A stretch of DNA of 64,000 nucleotides from positions 57,662,001 to 57,726,000 of the forward strand of contig NC_045707.1 in assembly GCF_009834535.1 (NCBI RefSeq), written 5' to 3'. Source of the stretch: Camelus ferus (Eukaryota). Shown piece by piece: positions 42,574-55,042 of the stretch. The notes below the pieces were generated by a model. It searched no databases. It had not been told where the DNA came from and worked only from the letters and a program-made list of their open reading frames with translations. The position numbers and the translations under genes were made by a program. The first letter of the stretch is position 1. Every line of letters begins with the position of its first letter.

Positions 42574-44165
42574 CTAAAATAATTATAGAGAAAAAAATGA
42601 ATAAATAATAGATAAATACTTAAAATTTACGTTAAAGGACCTTATTCAATACACAAAACACAGAATCAGAAGAAAAAATAAAATATCACACATCAAACTT
42701 TTTTTCCACTTAAAAAAAGCAAAAAATAGACTATGATTGAAGAATTTGAGTAAGTGGTGGATCATTAGATGAAATTCTTATTGGCAACAATTACTAGTTT
42801 TATTTAATGCTGTATATGATTACACACGGTGCTTCATTCCTATACGGTTCATTGTACAGTTACACTGCTCTGAAGCATTTACATGTATTGCAGTCAACAA
42901 GCCCTGGGTATCTGGCTTGATAAACATTGCCCCTCGGGTATAAACAGGTAGATGGGTCAAAGGAATAACTTAATCTTCAGAATCTATTGGTAGTGATTTT
43001 ATTTTTTGTATCAACATCAATTTTGTATCAGTATCAATATCTGTATTTGGTTCTGAGAGGAAATTTACAACTTACATTCTAATGTAATATTGGTAACATA
43101 TAAAACTAATAATGATATTTTAAAACAGTCTGTTTTTCATAGATGTTTCTATATTTTACTTTTTCTTTTAATTGAAATGAAACATTCCAAATATTTTTAA
43201 AAACAAAGTTCTTGTCTACCAAACTTCACGTTGTGTGACCCACAGGAAATTCTTTCTCTTTCTTTCTTTTCTGTAAGAATTTAAGAGTGTGGAAGAGGAA
43301 ATGTTCTGAGTCAAAAATATTTAAATCAAGAAAAATTTCAACCTTACATGTAATGAAATAATAAGACCTGATACCTACATCATCAGAAAAAAATACTACA
43401 CTATAGTGAAATTATCCTATCAGTAATAATTTCCAGTAACCCCCCAAATTATCAATCATGACTCAATGCCTGATACTATAGATTCAGTATGGTATTATGT
43501 AGTATGGTTATATATGCATGTGTGTGTATATATATACATTTATATGGACACTGATATAATATCATAGCTAAATATATAAATATCACATCCAGAAATATGT
43601 ACTCTTAGAATTTAGTAGTAATAATAGTACCTAATTATAACTCATTTAGCACTAACACCATCTTCCTAAGACAGATACTATTCCTGCCTCCATTTTTCAC
43701 GTAAGGAAACTGTAGTACAAAGAGGCTACAGGTAGGTATTTTTTAACTACTGTTTTTATCTGGTAATGAAATGTCAACCTCATGATATTTCTGCTCCTGC
43801 AGGAGTTATCTCCACACCTGGTAACAGCAATATCAGTGAGAGAAGTCACCTACAGATGACTATAAAAGATGTAGAAGGGCAGAGATGATTATGAAAAACT
43901 GCTGAGATCACAGAATGCTTAAAGCTGATCTAGTATCACGGTTATCAGCTCAAGAGTCTTTTCTTTCAAATCTCCTTTCTCCTTTTAGCGGCTTATGTTT
44001 GTATCAAAAAAGAGTACTAAAATTGAAGATGCTCGAGATGGGATGCCTATTTTTTGTTATTATAAGGGAGAAAAAAAATTACTGAAAGGGAAGGAGGGTT
44101 TTAACAAAAATATCTATATGAAAAAATTAAAGATTATTCTATGAATAATTTAACTTTTTTCCCTA

Positions 44166-44203
44166 CAAAAAAAAAAAAAAAAGAAGAAGAAGAAGAAGAA
44201 GAA
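44166..44203. repeat. Poly(A) run followed by (GAA)7 beside the exon 6 donor
   Basis: Seen directly in the sequence. Confidence 0.9.
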
Positions 44204-44210
44204 GCCATAC

Positions 44211-44460
44211 CTGATTCTGGTGTCCTGACAATCGTACTATCGATATAACCTGCTTCAGTCGTAACAGCAGAAACTTCAAAAAGATACGTTGTATAAGGTC
44301 TCAAGTGTGTCACTACAAAACTGATAGGCTCTTTCCACACAGAGTTAATGTTACTCCGTGCCAGCATGCTCGAAGGATACGTGGTGCGTGATGGAGGCGT
44401 AACTCTACCAGGGGCTGGAGAAGGGCTGGTTGTACTCCATAAAAAAGACTCATTATTATC
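44211..44460 (-). CDS. PTPRQ: Coding exon 6
   Basis: cactag|, |gtatgg, 250 nt, phase 0-1: [27 protein letters not shown]...[31 protein letters not shown]. Confidence 0.95.
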
Positions 44461-45615
44461 CTAGTGAATAAAACAAACATCAATGGAAAAACAATATGGT
44501 ATCACTTGGTGAAGATGTAAGTGTAATCCATGTTTTTCTTTATACTACAAATGCTATTCTTAATTGGTATCGGAATGTGTATGATAAAGAGTTTAACAGA
44601 TTAATTTACCCATTATAACTGTGGACAAATTTGCTAGATTTTATTTATACCATTTATTGTTCACAGTTATACCATTAATACCATTGTCCACAGTTTTAGA
44701 ACAGAACATATTTATTGCATTCCTTCTACCTTAAATCTCTCTTATGAATAGAATTTCATGTGGCTTTGAATAAAGGTAAAACCATAGCAAAATCATTAAC
44801 AAGAATTTTTTCAATTTATATTAGAAGGGCAAGAGCCAAAGAGATGAAATGTTTTCCCTGTTGTGAAATTTCAAGCATAGGTCCCAGGTCCCTTTCTGAC
44901 TGTCACTATCATTTTTTTTTCTGTGTAAGTATTTGAAAGATAAAGCCAATAGAACATATATGCGTATGTGTGTGTGTGTGCCTGTTTGTATTAGAAATAT
45001 ATCCTAATTTAAAACTTTTTGAGACTTTTATAACTTGAGGCATTTAAAACAAAAGTAATTTTGTTTGTTTCTTCATCAATAATATCACAAAGATCACCAA
45101 AATTACTTTTTAAAAAGCATTATTACAGTACTTCCAGGGATTTCACAGCAACGTCTAGAGTTATAACAAAGTCTTCACTAAAGATAATATACAACAAAAA
45201 CAATCTACTTTCACAAACTTAACCTTCACTATTCCCCTCTCCTCCCGTCACACAGGAGTATTCTTTTTTCCAGTGATATCCTGTATTTTCCCACTTCATG
45301 GCTTATAAAGTAACCAACCTCCACCCTCACATAATCTCCACTTATCCTGCCTCCAAGGGCTATCACAAATGTTGTGCCTTTCAGTGTTTCCAGAGCTCGC
45401 AAAGTGATTCTGATATCTCACTATTCTCAAACCCTACTCTAACTCTACCTTGAATATTGCCAACTGTACATAACATGATACTATAACTTAATACTTATGT
45501 AATTAAATAACTAGTAATCACTTTGGTAAAATATACAGTATTCATACACTGGAAACCTTAAGGTGTAAGTTTACCTAAAAATTTTGAGACATAGAAAATG
45601 TTCCATGATGCTTAC

Positions 45616-45815
45616 ATTACATTCTGGCAATTTCCCAGTCAGGATGTCCTCCACTCTAATTGAAACATCCTTCACTACTATCCCACTTCTGGCATGTTTG
45701 ACACTTATTTTGAAGCTGGTAATTTTGCCATTTGGTTGCCAAGGTAAATACCAAATCAGGTTTACTGCTGAATAGTTAAAGGCCTCGACTGTGAGATTCA
45801 CCACTTTTCCTGGAG
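45616..45815 (-). CDS. PTPRQ: Coding exon 5
   Basis: cccctag|, |gtaag, 200 nt, phase 1-0: [38 protein letters not shown]...KLPECN. Confidence 0.95.
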
Positions 45816-48020
45816 CTAGGGGAAGGGAGAGGGATTGAAGGAGAGGAAAAAACATTGTTATGAAACTTAGAATAGCATTTACCTATTTGGGATGTTACAT
45901 TTCCCATATTACATGAAATTAAATACACAATATATTGGATAAAACTTACTTGGGTAATACTTCTAAAAGTATATTTAATTTTTGCCTAAAATAAATAACT
46001 GGAAACTGGGCCCAAAGAGTTGTGTTTAAGAGGCAAAAAAGCTTTACTTCACGTTTATTTGGCCAATATATCCATCAATAAATTATTTCAATTAAGTCTG
46101 AAAAATTATCAATAGCTGTTTGTGTTATACAAATTTGAATACTGAATATCTTACTTCCTAAAATATTCTGGAATTATGTAAATTTCTTAGATAATGAAGA
46201 AGTGGCGAATTCAAACCATTATCCAACCATCTGCACCAAAAAGCACACCTGGGTCTCTGGAATGCATGTTAATATTTAGTATCTACTATAAAGTAGATAT
46301 CAGCCAATTGCTTGTGGTTATTATATTTTGACTTTTATACACCCTCAAAATCAACTTTCATCAGAACTCATGATACTTTGTTATCAATTATTAATCATCT
46401 GCATAATAATAATCTGTAGGCTATAATTTTAGTTGGGATGAGATAAACATGAAGCCCAAATGAAGAAAAATACCTATTAATTCAGGTTAAGTTATGCAAA
46501 ACTGATGAAGTAGAGTAAATAATCAAGGCCCTTTATAATACAGAACAATCGTGACAAGTCACTACTGAAAGAAAGAAAAACAGAACAAGATATTTGAGAA
46601 AAAAATAATATAAATGATAGTAAAAGTACTTAGTAGAAAGAAACCAAGTAACTAGAGTTTAGGTGTACATTGTAGAGAAGAAAGCCAAAATATGATTTGT
46701 AAATGAAAGCCATATAAATTGTATAAGAAAGTTACGTCCTGGGAAGGAGAGCTGTATACAAATGATATGAGTTAAACAGTAGAAATTAAGATACTTAAGA
46801 ACAGCTGCATTTGAATGAAAAAAACACAATGTAACAATCTGGGAGGGTGATTAATTATTAATAATGGATAAAATAATGGACAGAAATTTTTTTCTTCAAG
46901 GGAAACTGACCAATGGATTTAAAGCTTGAGAAGGATAATGACAATATGATAGCTCTCTGATACTAAAGATTTAACACAAAAATTTCTTTGGGGTAGATAA
47001 AGTACAATAAAGCAAAAGGAAAATGTTTGTCAAAGAATCAAAGCTTTAACATTAATCTTAATTATGCTTTTATATTTCTTATTTGTCTAAATTATGCAAA
47101 TTTTATAAGAATGCCTGAAATGTATATATATAAATAAAACAAACTGCACTCAAGCTGGCCCATTTCCAAATGGGCCTTAAACAACAGTCACTGAGGAACC
47201 ACTCAATGTGCAGAGAAATTTGAATTCATAAGGTAATCAAACCTTTATTAAATTCCAAAGCATGATTTCAAAATATTTTTAAAAGTAGACCAAATACCTT
47301 ATGTAGATAGAAAACAATTAAACCTGTTAAACAACATTTAGTTTAAAAAGAGGTTAATTTTATTAACTTACTTTACATTATTTTTGTCTCAATAAAATCT
47401 GTGTTTTCTTTTTGTGACTTCATGGTGTCTGAAGACTAATTCTGGCTCTTTCTACAGTTGGCAGGTCTTCCCTAGTTTAAATATTCCAGTTTCTACTTTT
47501 GGACTTTTAGGTACCAAAACCCCATCATCTCTTGATTTTTACAGTGAATTTATCCATTTTGATCCAAGTAAATACTTGATACTAAAGTACCAAAAAGTTC
47601 TGTTTATAAGCTCACTTCATCTTTAAGATAAGTCTTCTACAAAATTTCAGGACACAACTAGAGAAGACTTGCAGGAATACACAAGTACGTGAAAGTACCT
47701 ACAACTTTTCAAAGTGTACATTATACAGAACATACATTTTTTTTTTACCCAGAAAATAAATTTCTAAATCCAATACAAAGAGTTCTAAACAAAACTTTCC
47801 TACATTTCTAAGGATCCATCAAGTTAGAAATGGAGATGCAAGAACTATTTCTAATATTGTAAAGCTAAAATAAATTCTGCATTTGCATGAAATAATGCTG
47901 CACAGGAAGTTAAAACTGAGATTTTTGTGCCTGTGGATGTAGTATCAGCTTAGTACGTGTAACAGGTTAACCTTATACTTTTCCTAGTATTTTTATTCAT
48001 GGAGAAAGAAATTACTTCTG

Positions 48021-48021
<1 letters not shown>

Positions 48022-48090
<69 letters not shown>
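48022..48090. repeat. (AAT)23 microsatellite
   Basis: Perfect 69-bp run. Confidence 0.97.
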
Positions 48091-48091
<1 letters not shown>

Positions 48092-48435
48092 TTTTAAAAA
48101 TGGTGTTTATTTATCCTGCAGAAATCGTCCTTAAATTTTGGTTCTATGTAGCATAACTAAAAAAAAGTACTTGGGGAAAAAATTAGAGACAATTGATCTA
48201 ACTAAATTTAGATTGACATTACATTTTTACCTCTTTACTTTTTCTTTTTTTAAAGATAAGACAAGAGCAATTATGTAATTATGCAATTTGCCCAAGAAAA
48301 CACAGCAAGTCAGAAACAGAGTGAAACTCCTATTTCCAGGGTTATTTTCACACTATCCTACAGTTTCTCTAGTTTGTCCCAATCATAACTTGCCAAGAGA
48401 GTAAATACCTCTAGAAATTATGTCAGTTAGCAGAA

Positions 48436-48655
48436 TATATCCTACTGTACAGCACAGGGAACTACATTAAATACCTTGTAATAGCCTATAATAAAAAAGA
48501 ATATGAAAGGAGTATAAATATATATAACTGAATCACTATGCTGTACACCAGAAATTAAGAAAACATTGTATCACAACATTGTAAAATGATTATAAATCAA
48601 TAAAAAATGTTAAAAAAAAACATTGTAAACCAACTATAGTTCAACAAAAAAAATT
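48436..48655 (+). mobile_element. Short L1 3' terminal fragment
   Basis: cctactgtacagcacagggaactac...actgaatcactatgctgtacaccagaaatt. Confidence 0.85.
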
Positions 48656-49489
48656 TTTATTATAGTTCAAAATACTGTCAAGTTGAAATCATAATCTGTA
48701 TGTACCATGCTTTGCCAGAAGCTGTATCAGATAAGCATTTAAAAAAAAAAGACCAAACTAATTACTAAGTCATTCAAAGATTATTCCAAGTATTTTCCTT
48801 AAAACTAAAAACATAAGTAATAAATTTTTCTTTTATATCCTAATGAATATTTAATTTTAAAATGATAGTTTTCTCAATTTTTTGTTGTGCTAATAATCTG
48901 AATGTCAGTAGGTTCAGTATCAACAAGAGAAAGATCTCATGAATCATTCATTTTCAATTTTAAATACAGAATTTTCTCTTAATTCTCCTTACAGTACAGA
49001 TCCTGTAATCACAGGCGTCCCTGGACAGGATCTCAAATAAGAGCTGGGCCATAAAGCTTGTCACTTTTTTTTTTTAAACACTGACAGTTGCATAATCCTC
49101 TCTAGACACACAGGGCACATTTCAATTTATCCCTTTGGCCATAGACTACTGGGAGATTTTTTTATCTTTAAATACATAGAACATTTATAGTTACACAAAA
49201 TTGTAGAAACTGTTTTTATAGCACTTCTCCCCAATTTAATGTATTACTAACTCATTTTTTTGTTTATCTTATCCCACTAGAATATAAGCTTAATAGAAAT
49301 ATATTTGCTACTGATTGGAGACACCATTATTTACTTAACGGCTTTTCCATTTATTAGTTCTGTTTGCTTTATAAATAAACAGCAGAATTGCTAAATAAAT
49401 AAAATCACTTCAATACTATAACAACTTATATTTATCACAAAGCTTGTATTCTACTAGGCTAATAGCTACAATTAAAAGTAAGTAAGTAA

Positions 49490-50125
49490 ATGTGTTATAT
49501 GTCAGGCTGGTCCAATGAAGAAAAATAAATTTGTTGGAAATACAAATGGATGGAAGGAAATAGGGGCTATTTTAGAAGGTGTCGTCAGAAAAGGTAAAGT
49601 GAGATTTGGACCAACTGGGGACAGAGTTCTACGGATATTTAGTGAAAGTATTCCAGGCAGAGGGAACAGCAAGAGAAGAGACCCTGAGACGACAGATCAG
49701 TGTGGCTAGAGTAGATGAAAGGAAGGGGAGGTGGTAAGAGATGATGTCAGAGAGGGGAGAGGGCAGGTGGAGCTCTGCAGGTCACGGGAAGGACGGAGGT
49801 TCTTCCTCTCAATGAGTCAGGGGTCATGTTAGGAAGAGAGAAGTCATGTACTCTGATTATGTTTCAAAAGATGATGTGGCTCTCTTGGGAAGAGTCAACT
49901 ATAGACAAGTAAGTTGGAAACAGGAAAACCAGTAAGGAGATATTCAATTTTTCAGGCAAGAAATGGCAGTGGATGGGACAGGGTGATTACCAATAGGGGT
50001 GAGATTCAGGATATATTTTGATACAATGCTGGCAGGATTTGTTGATAGATTAGGGTTACTATGAGAGAGAGGAAATCAAGGATGGCATCCAACTTTTCCT
50101 GTCAGCCACTGGGAGAATGGAAGTA
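49490..50125 (-). mobile_element. L2 fragment
   Basis: attccaggcagagggaacagcaag, gagattcaggatatattttg, aatcaaggatgg. Confidence 0.7.
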
Positions 50126-50639
50126 ACTTAAATCGGTTTGGTAATGACTACATGTTATGGAATAGCATGGTAACCATTAAAATCCACATTTTCCAACGTC
50201 TAATGTCATAAAAATGCTTATGATTTCATGTTAAGAGGAAAAGGCTGGCGATAAACTTGCATAAATGACACAAGTCTACTTTCACTAATATAGAGGCACA
50301 CAGACACATATTCATAGGGAAAAAGTTCAGCCAGAAAGTCACCAAAATGGTAACAAGATTTTTTTTATATAACAGGGACATGGATAACTTTCATTTTTTT
50401 TTTTAATTTTTGCTCTTTTTAAAGTTTTCTAAGATAACACTTACTGCTTTTACAATCAGAAAGAACAATATATATTTTAATGAATAAATTTACCATCCAA
50501 GAAGACCCTAAAAGTAATTGGTCATGCTGTTGAAAATTTTATGCATTTTAGTGCCAGATTTTGTTTATGTCCCTATTTATTTTAAATGACAAAGACTCAT
50601 AACTAAGTTAATTTAGAATAAATGCTTTAGGAAAATTAC

Positions 50640-50709
50640 CACTTTCTGCAGTTTGGAAGAGAAATGGGTCACTAAACACTCCAATGCCAGCACTATTTTC
50701 AGCAGCAAC
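50640..50709 (-). CDS. PTPRQ: Coding exon 4
   Basis: ttctag|, |gtaatt, 70 nt, phase 0-1: [23 protein letters not shown]. Confidence 0.95.
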
Positions 50710-50994
50710 CTAGAATAGACCAAAAGAATTACATTCAAGCTTTTTACTCTCTAATTAAACAGAATCTAAAATAATAAAACTTTGATTTGTCCATGAGATA
50801 CACGATGAAGATACTTTCGCCTCTAATTCCTACAATACTCCCAAAGTGGAAGGCAAACATAGAGCCATTCCATATTTCCATTTCCCTTAAGGGTATATTT
50901 GCAACGTAGTTTGAACCAACAGATTTCTCAGATTCCTGATGAGAAATCAATAAGCAAGTTTAATGTCTATTGATAGTAATAACAATTCTTTCTA

Positions 50995-51215
50995 GTATTT
51001 ATTAAGCAACTTCTGTGTACCTAGAAATCGACTAAGGATTTATTTATCTCATTTTATTCACATAAAATGTGAAGTATTATTGTAAACATCTTACAGAAGA
51101 GAAAACTGGTTGAGAGAGGTCAAGTAGCTTGCCCAAAACCACACAGGAATAAGTGGCTGAACCAGAATTCAGTTGAAGTTGTGTTTACTTCTAAAGATCA
51201 ATCTCTTTCCACTAC
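50995..51215 (-). mobile_element. MIR
   Basis: ttacagaagagaaaactggttgagagaggtcaagtagcttgcccaaaaccacacag. Confidence 0.75.
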
Positions 51216-51499
51216 ATTCACTTTATGTAAGACACCATGATTATTTCTGTAATAAATCTGAGGCCATATATATGGTGTCTGATTTAAGGTTTACAATCTA
51301 GATAGGCAAATTACTCAGGAAAACGGTTTTTAAAAATAAGTAGGTGATTTAATCATTTAGATTAAATATTCTAGAATTTGAAAGATGGAAAAAATTTTGA
51401 CTTGAATAGTCTAGTCAAATACACCAGAATAGGCAGAGAAAGTGTCATAAATGAGAACAAAACTCTTAAGCTTTTCCAAATGCCATAACCTATAGTGAG

Positions 51500-51650
51500 A
51501 CAAACTTGGCTTAAATTGCAGCTCTATCCATTTCCAGATGAACAGCTCTGAGCAATTTACTTAATTGTTCTAAGTCCTATTTTCCTTTAAAATGGGAATA
51601 ATAATGTATCTATGTCATAAGATTGTTCTGAGAACTAAATGAAATAACAT
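51500..51650 (+). mobile_element. MIR
   Basis: tgagcaatttacttaa...taaaatgggaataataat...gttctgagaactaaatga. Confidence 0.7.
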
Positions 51651-53052
51651 ATTTTCCCCATATCACGTAAATTTGATATCTACATTTAGAGATATCAAAT
51701 GCACCATGTCAAATGCCCTTTGGAATTCTGCAATGCCTAACATTTACTTGAACAGAGTAAAGGTCACAAAAATGATTTATAAAGTGTGGGATGAAAACAG
51801 AGAATAAGGGCTTCCCAATAGGCCTGAAATAAGAGAATTCAAGGGAATAAAAATTCAAACTCCATAAAAATAGATCTAAGCAGCACTAGGTTGGCTAAAT
51901 CACCTTTCTATCAGCAACAGCTTCTTATGTCATTAAAATGTAATCTTTATCATCCCAAAGAGCATACCTTCACATGTAAGTTAACCTCAATGTGTGCTTA
52001 TTGATAGAAAATCTCTGTACTATATAATTTTCAGGGGTCAGTTAGAAAAAGGTTGCCTACTCTTTTTAACTCATGTTTCTGCAGGGAATACAGCTGTCAA
52101 ATCTTTGATTTTGACCCTGCAGAAGTAAAAGGTTCTTTTTTCCTTTTATCATTTGGGGGACTCCCTGCTCTTGATACATGCTCTCCAGGCCTTATTGTGC
52201 TGTATAATTCTGCAAATAGGCATACTTGCAATAAGAACAAAACAGGCAAATATCTTTTATCATGTCTTTCCATCTAGATGGCCATCTCAGTTATGTATGA
52301 TCACACATTTACACAGTTTTTTCTCTACAGTCAAGACTCAAGTAACATACTGACGGTATATTGAAATTAGGGAGGAATGAAAGGGTACCTGTATTCTTTA
52401 CTGCCCCTTGGAAACATCACGCATGTCTCTTAACTGTAAACATTTCCATATGGCCTAACTAATTTAAGAATGCTTTTCATATGCTCTTCTTTATTTAATA
52501 TTTAAGTAAAATGTTCTTAGATTTTGCATATTTAACATTGTAACGGCATTTAAAATTTTTTATAAACATAAAAGACAGCATAAGTGCTCAGGAAATATTT
52601 GTTGAATGGAACTTAACTGAATTCATTGTTCTTTGAGAAACTGGTTCCTTAGAAACTTTCAAACCATTATGCGAAATTTCAATGACAGACATGGAAATAC
52701 AGGAAGATTAAGAGAAAAATAACAAAGCTAACTTTGAGTTTGAGTAAAAAGTAGAACATATGCACTTACAAAGCTTAAATTATTTGATTGAAATTTTTTT
52801 TTTAAAAAGTCACTAAACGAATGCTTTTTAAAATAGATAAATTATATAAATACACATAAAAATGAAGAGATTATAACATCTGTTCGGGTTGGAAAAGCCC
52901 AGATGGGCAATGAGGCCATGGACTCAGATGATCATCCTTCAGTCACTTGCTACGTTCCGTTCAGCTGCAAAGGCTTGACCTGGCGGGATAAAGTGCTTTC
53001 ACTTTTAAAATGAATGGAATATTTTAATACTAACTATTTACAAAATAATTAC

Positions 53053-53279
53053 CTTGATTTCGTATGTTGTTCCAGGAGTAAGATTAGTAAGAAGAACTTC
53101 CAGACTGTCTGCCTTTGCTCTAACTCGTGTATATGCTGCTTGCATCCATGGACAAACTTCCTTGTATTTCACAACGTAAGATGTAATTCTCCCATTTGGA
53201 TTAGGCGGTGTATTCCAGGATAGAAGAATCCCAGCAGATCCAACTCTTTCCCCTGCTAGGAAGACTGGAGGCCCTGGTT
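53053..53279 (-). CDS. PTPRQ: Coding exon 3
   Basis: 227 nt, phase 1-0, |gtaatt: [44 protein letters not shown]...[10 protein letters not shown]. Confidence 0.95.
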
Positions 53280-53958
53280 CTATTTTTCAAAAGAGTCATA
53301 TTGTTAAAAGGTCAGATAATTGTTGTATTTTCACAATCATATGTAAGAAAAATATTTACAAATTGTAGACTTAAAGTTCCCAAAGACTAATGGTCTCAAA
53401 ATGTAAGTTTATCCTCCCTAAATAAGAGCTTTGCTACCAGGAGGAAAAAAAAAAGATTAAATGCTTTGGGTGGGGAATACCAAAAACATTCTTTTATAAG
53501 AATGTAAAAAATGGAACGCTAATAAATACTACATGCCAAATATACTTTTAGTGCCAAATCATTTTTAAAAGAAACTTACTTGATGGAAGCCTTATACACA
53601 AAAACTAAGAAAACAAGAACCAGTGTTACAAACTGAGTAATTCTTCCAGAGCAAGTGTATTGAGTTTATTTTCATAGCTTTGTATTATTTAAATATTCCC
53701 AATAACAGTCTCTCTGATCCATTTCACAAACCAGTACAGAGAAATTATCTTTGCTCTTTGAAAGTAACGGAAGATAAAGAACCCGTAGAACACAGGTTCT
53801 AAACAGATCACTTTCTTAAAGTTTCCATTTTGCTTTAATCACTAAACTGTTTTCATGCATACAATGCACATATTGCCAGTATAAGTATTTCCATCCAACA
53901 GACTTACACTGGCTCCAAATACTTGGTTTAAAAAAGGTCTTTGAAAACATCTACTCAC

Positions 53959-54070
53959 TTGTCACATTCGTGGTAACTGTTCTACTAACAGGTGCGCTGT
54001 ATGTTGTAGCGGAAACAGAAGAGATGGTTACGTCGTACCTAGTACCTGGAACAGCATTGGAAACATCAAC
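53959..54070 (-). CDS. PTPRQ: Coding exon 2, FN3 C-terminal half
   Basis: ttttag|, |gtgagt, 112 nt, phase 0-1: [37 protein letters not shown]. Confidence 0.95.
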
Positions 54071-54394
54071 CTAAAACACCAAAAACACATAATTGTGTTA
54101 AAATCTTAAAAAGCAAGAGAGTTAAAATAATAAATCCATCACAATAAAAAAACTAAACACTTCACTACACAACTCTGCACTATTTATCACAATACCTTCT
54201 AACAGTTAGTTATATCACATAATCATTTACCAAATAACATAAAATAAAAACGTACAAAACATACTGTTATTGAAGACTAAATCAGCATTTCTACCTGTCT
54301 TAGTTAATTGTCACAAGAAACAACTACTTAAGTGTCTTAAGAAATCTATAGCCCATTGCTTAGCCCTGGTTTTTTAAGAGTGTGTATAAAATAC

Positions 54395-54448
54395 CTGTGT
54401 CTCTGAAGTTCCAATAAAAACTAAGAGAAAAATGATAAGAAAATCCAT
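54395..54448 (-). CDS. PTPRQ: Coding exon 1, signal peptide
   Basis: ATG...CAG|gtatt encodes MDFLIIFLLVFIGTSETQ with a hydrophobic core; an adjacent in-frame ATG lies at 54449-54451. Confidence 0.93.
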
Positions 54449-54451
54449 CAT

Positions 54452-54720
54452 TATCACATTTTTCAGGCAGTGGAATCACACTGATGGCTCTAGAGAGAAA
54501 TGTTGCCTGCATTAATGATTTAAAGACAGATCCTCCTGGCAAGTGCACAATTAATGAGCCTGGATTACTCAATAGCTCTGCCCTTTCTTTGTTAAACTAT
54601 TCATGAACTCTTGGATGGCTGGCTGTAGGTTCAAGCTAGACTTAAAAAAAAAAAAAAAAAAAAGACAGAGAGAGAGACATAGACGTTGCTAAGGTAACAG
54701 TCCACCGGTGCTGAAACGTG
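54452..54720 (-). promoter_or_regulatory. Putative promoter and 5'UTR of the signal-peptide exon
   Basis: Lies directly upstream of the ATG; POU4F-like GTGCACAATTAATGAG at 54543-54558 and X-box-like GTTGCTAAGGTAAC at 54685-54698; the TSS cannot be located from sequence. Confidence 0.55.
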
Positions 54721-54881
54721 TACTCATCAATTCAGCATCAGTGTTTTTGTCTTCATCTTATGCTTTTAAAAACTCTCAAAGGAGTAAGTTTTCATGGTGG
54801 ATGAGTTTCATAAAGAACTTTCCTATTTGGACCACATACAAATACAAGTTGGCTTAGCAAGTATGATAATGAAAACTATAC

Positions 54882-55042
54882 CTGATACTCGCTACCGCCA
54901 AGATCTCTGATAGTAACAAAGCCGCTGTCAGGAACAAGATCCACACGAAACCCTTCCACATGGCCGGAGGGTTGGCTCCAGTGCAGAGAAAAGGAATGTG
55001 CAGAAACGTTGAAGGCTTTAAGTTTCTCGGGTTTTTCTGGTT
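54882..55042 (-). CDS. PTPRQ: Upstream exon U3, N-terminal half of an FN3 domain
   Basis: aatgtcag| acceptor, |gtatag donor, 161 nt, phase 1-0: PEKPEKLKAFNVSAHSFSLHWSQPSGHVEGFRVDLVPDSGFVTIRDLGGSEYQ; resembles the N-terminus of a longer human PTPRQ sequence I recall. Confidence 0.88.

Noticed and set aside
51671..51700. 11-bp inverted repeat (also an 8-bp one at 18540-18557)
   Set aside because: Too short to distinguish from chance in AT-rich DNA and not miRNA-sized
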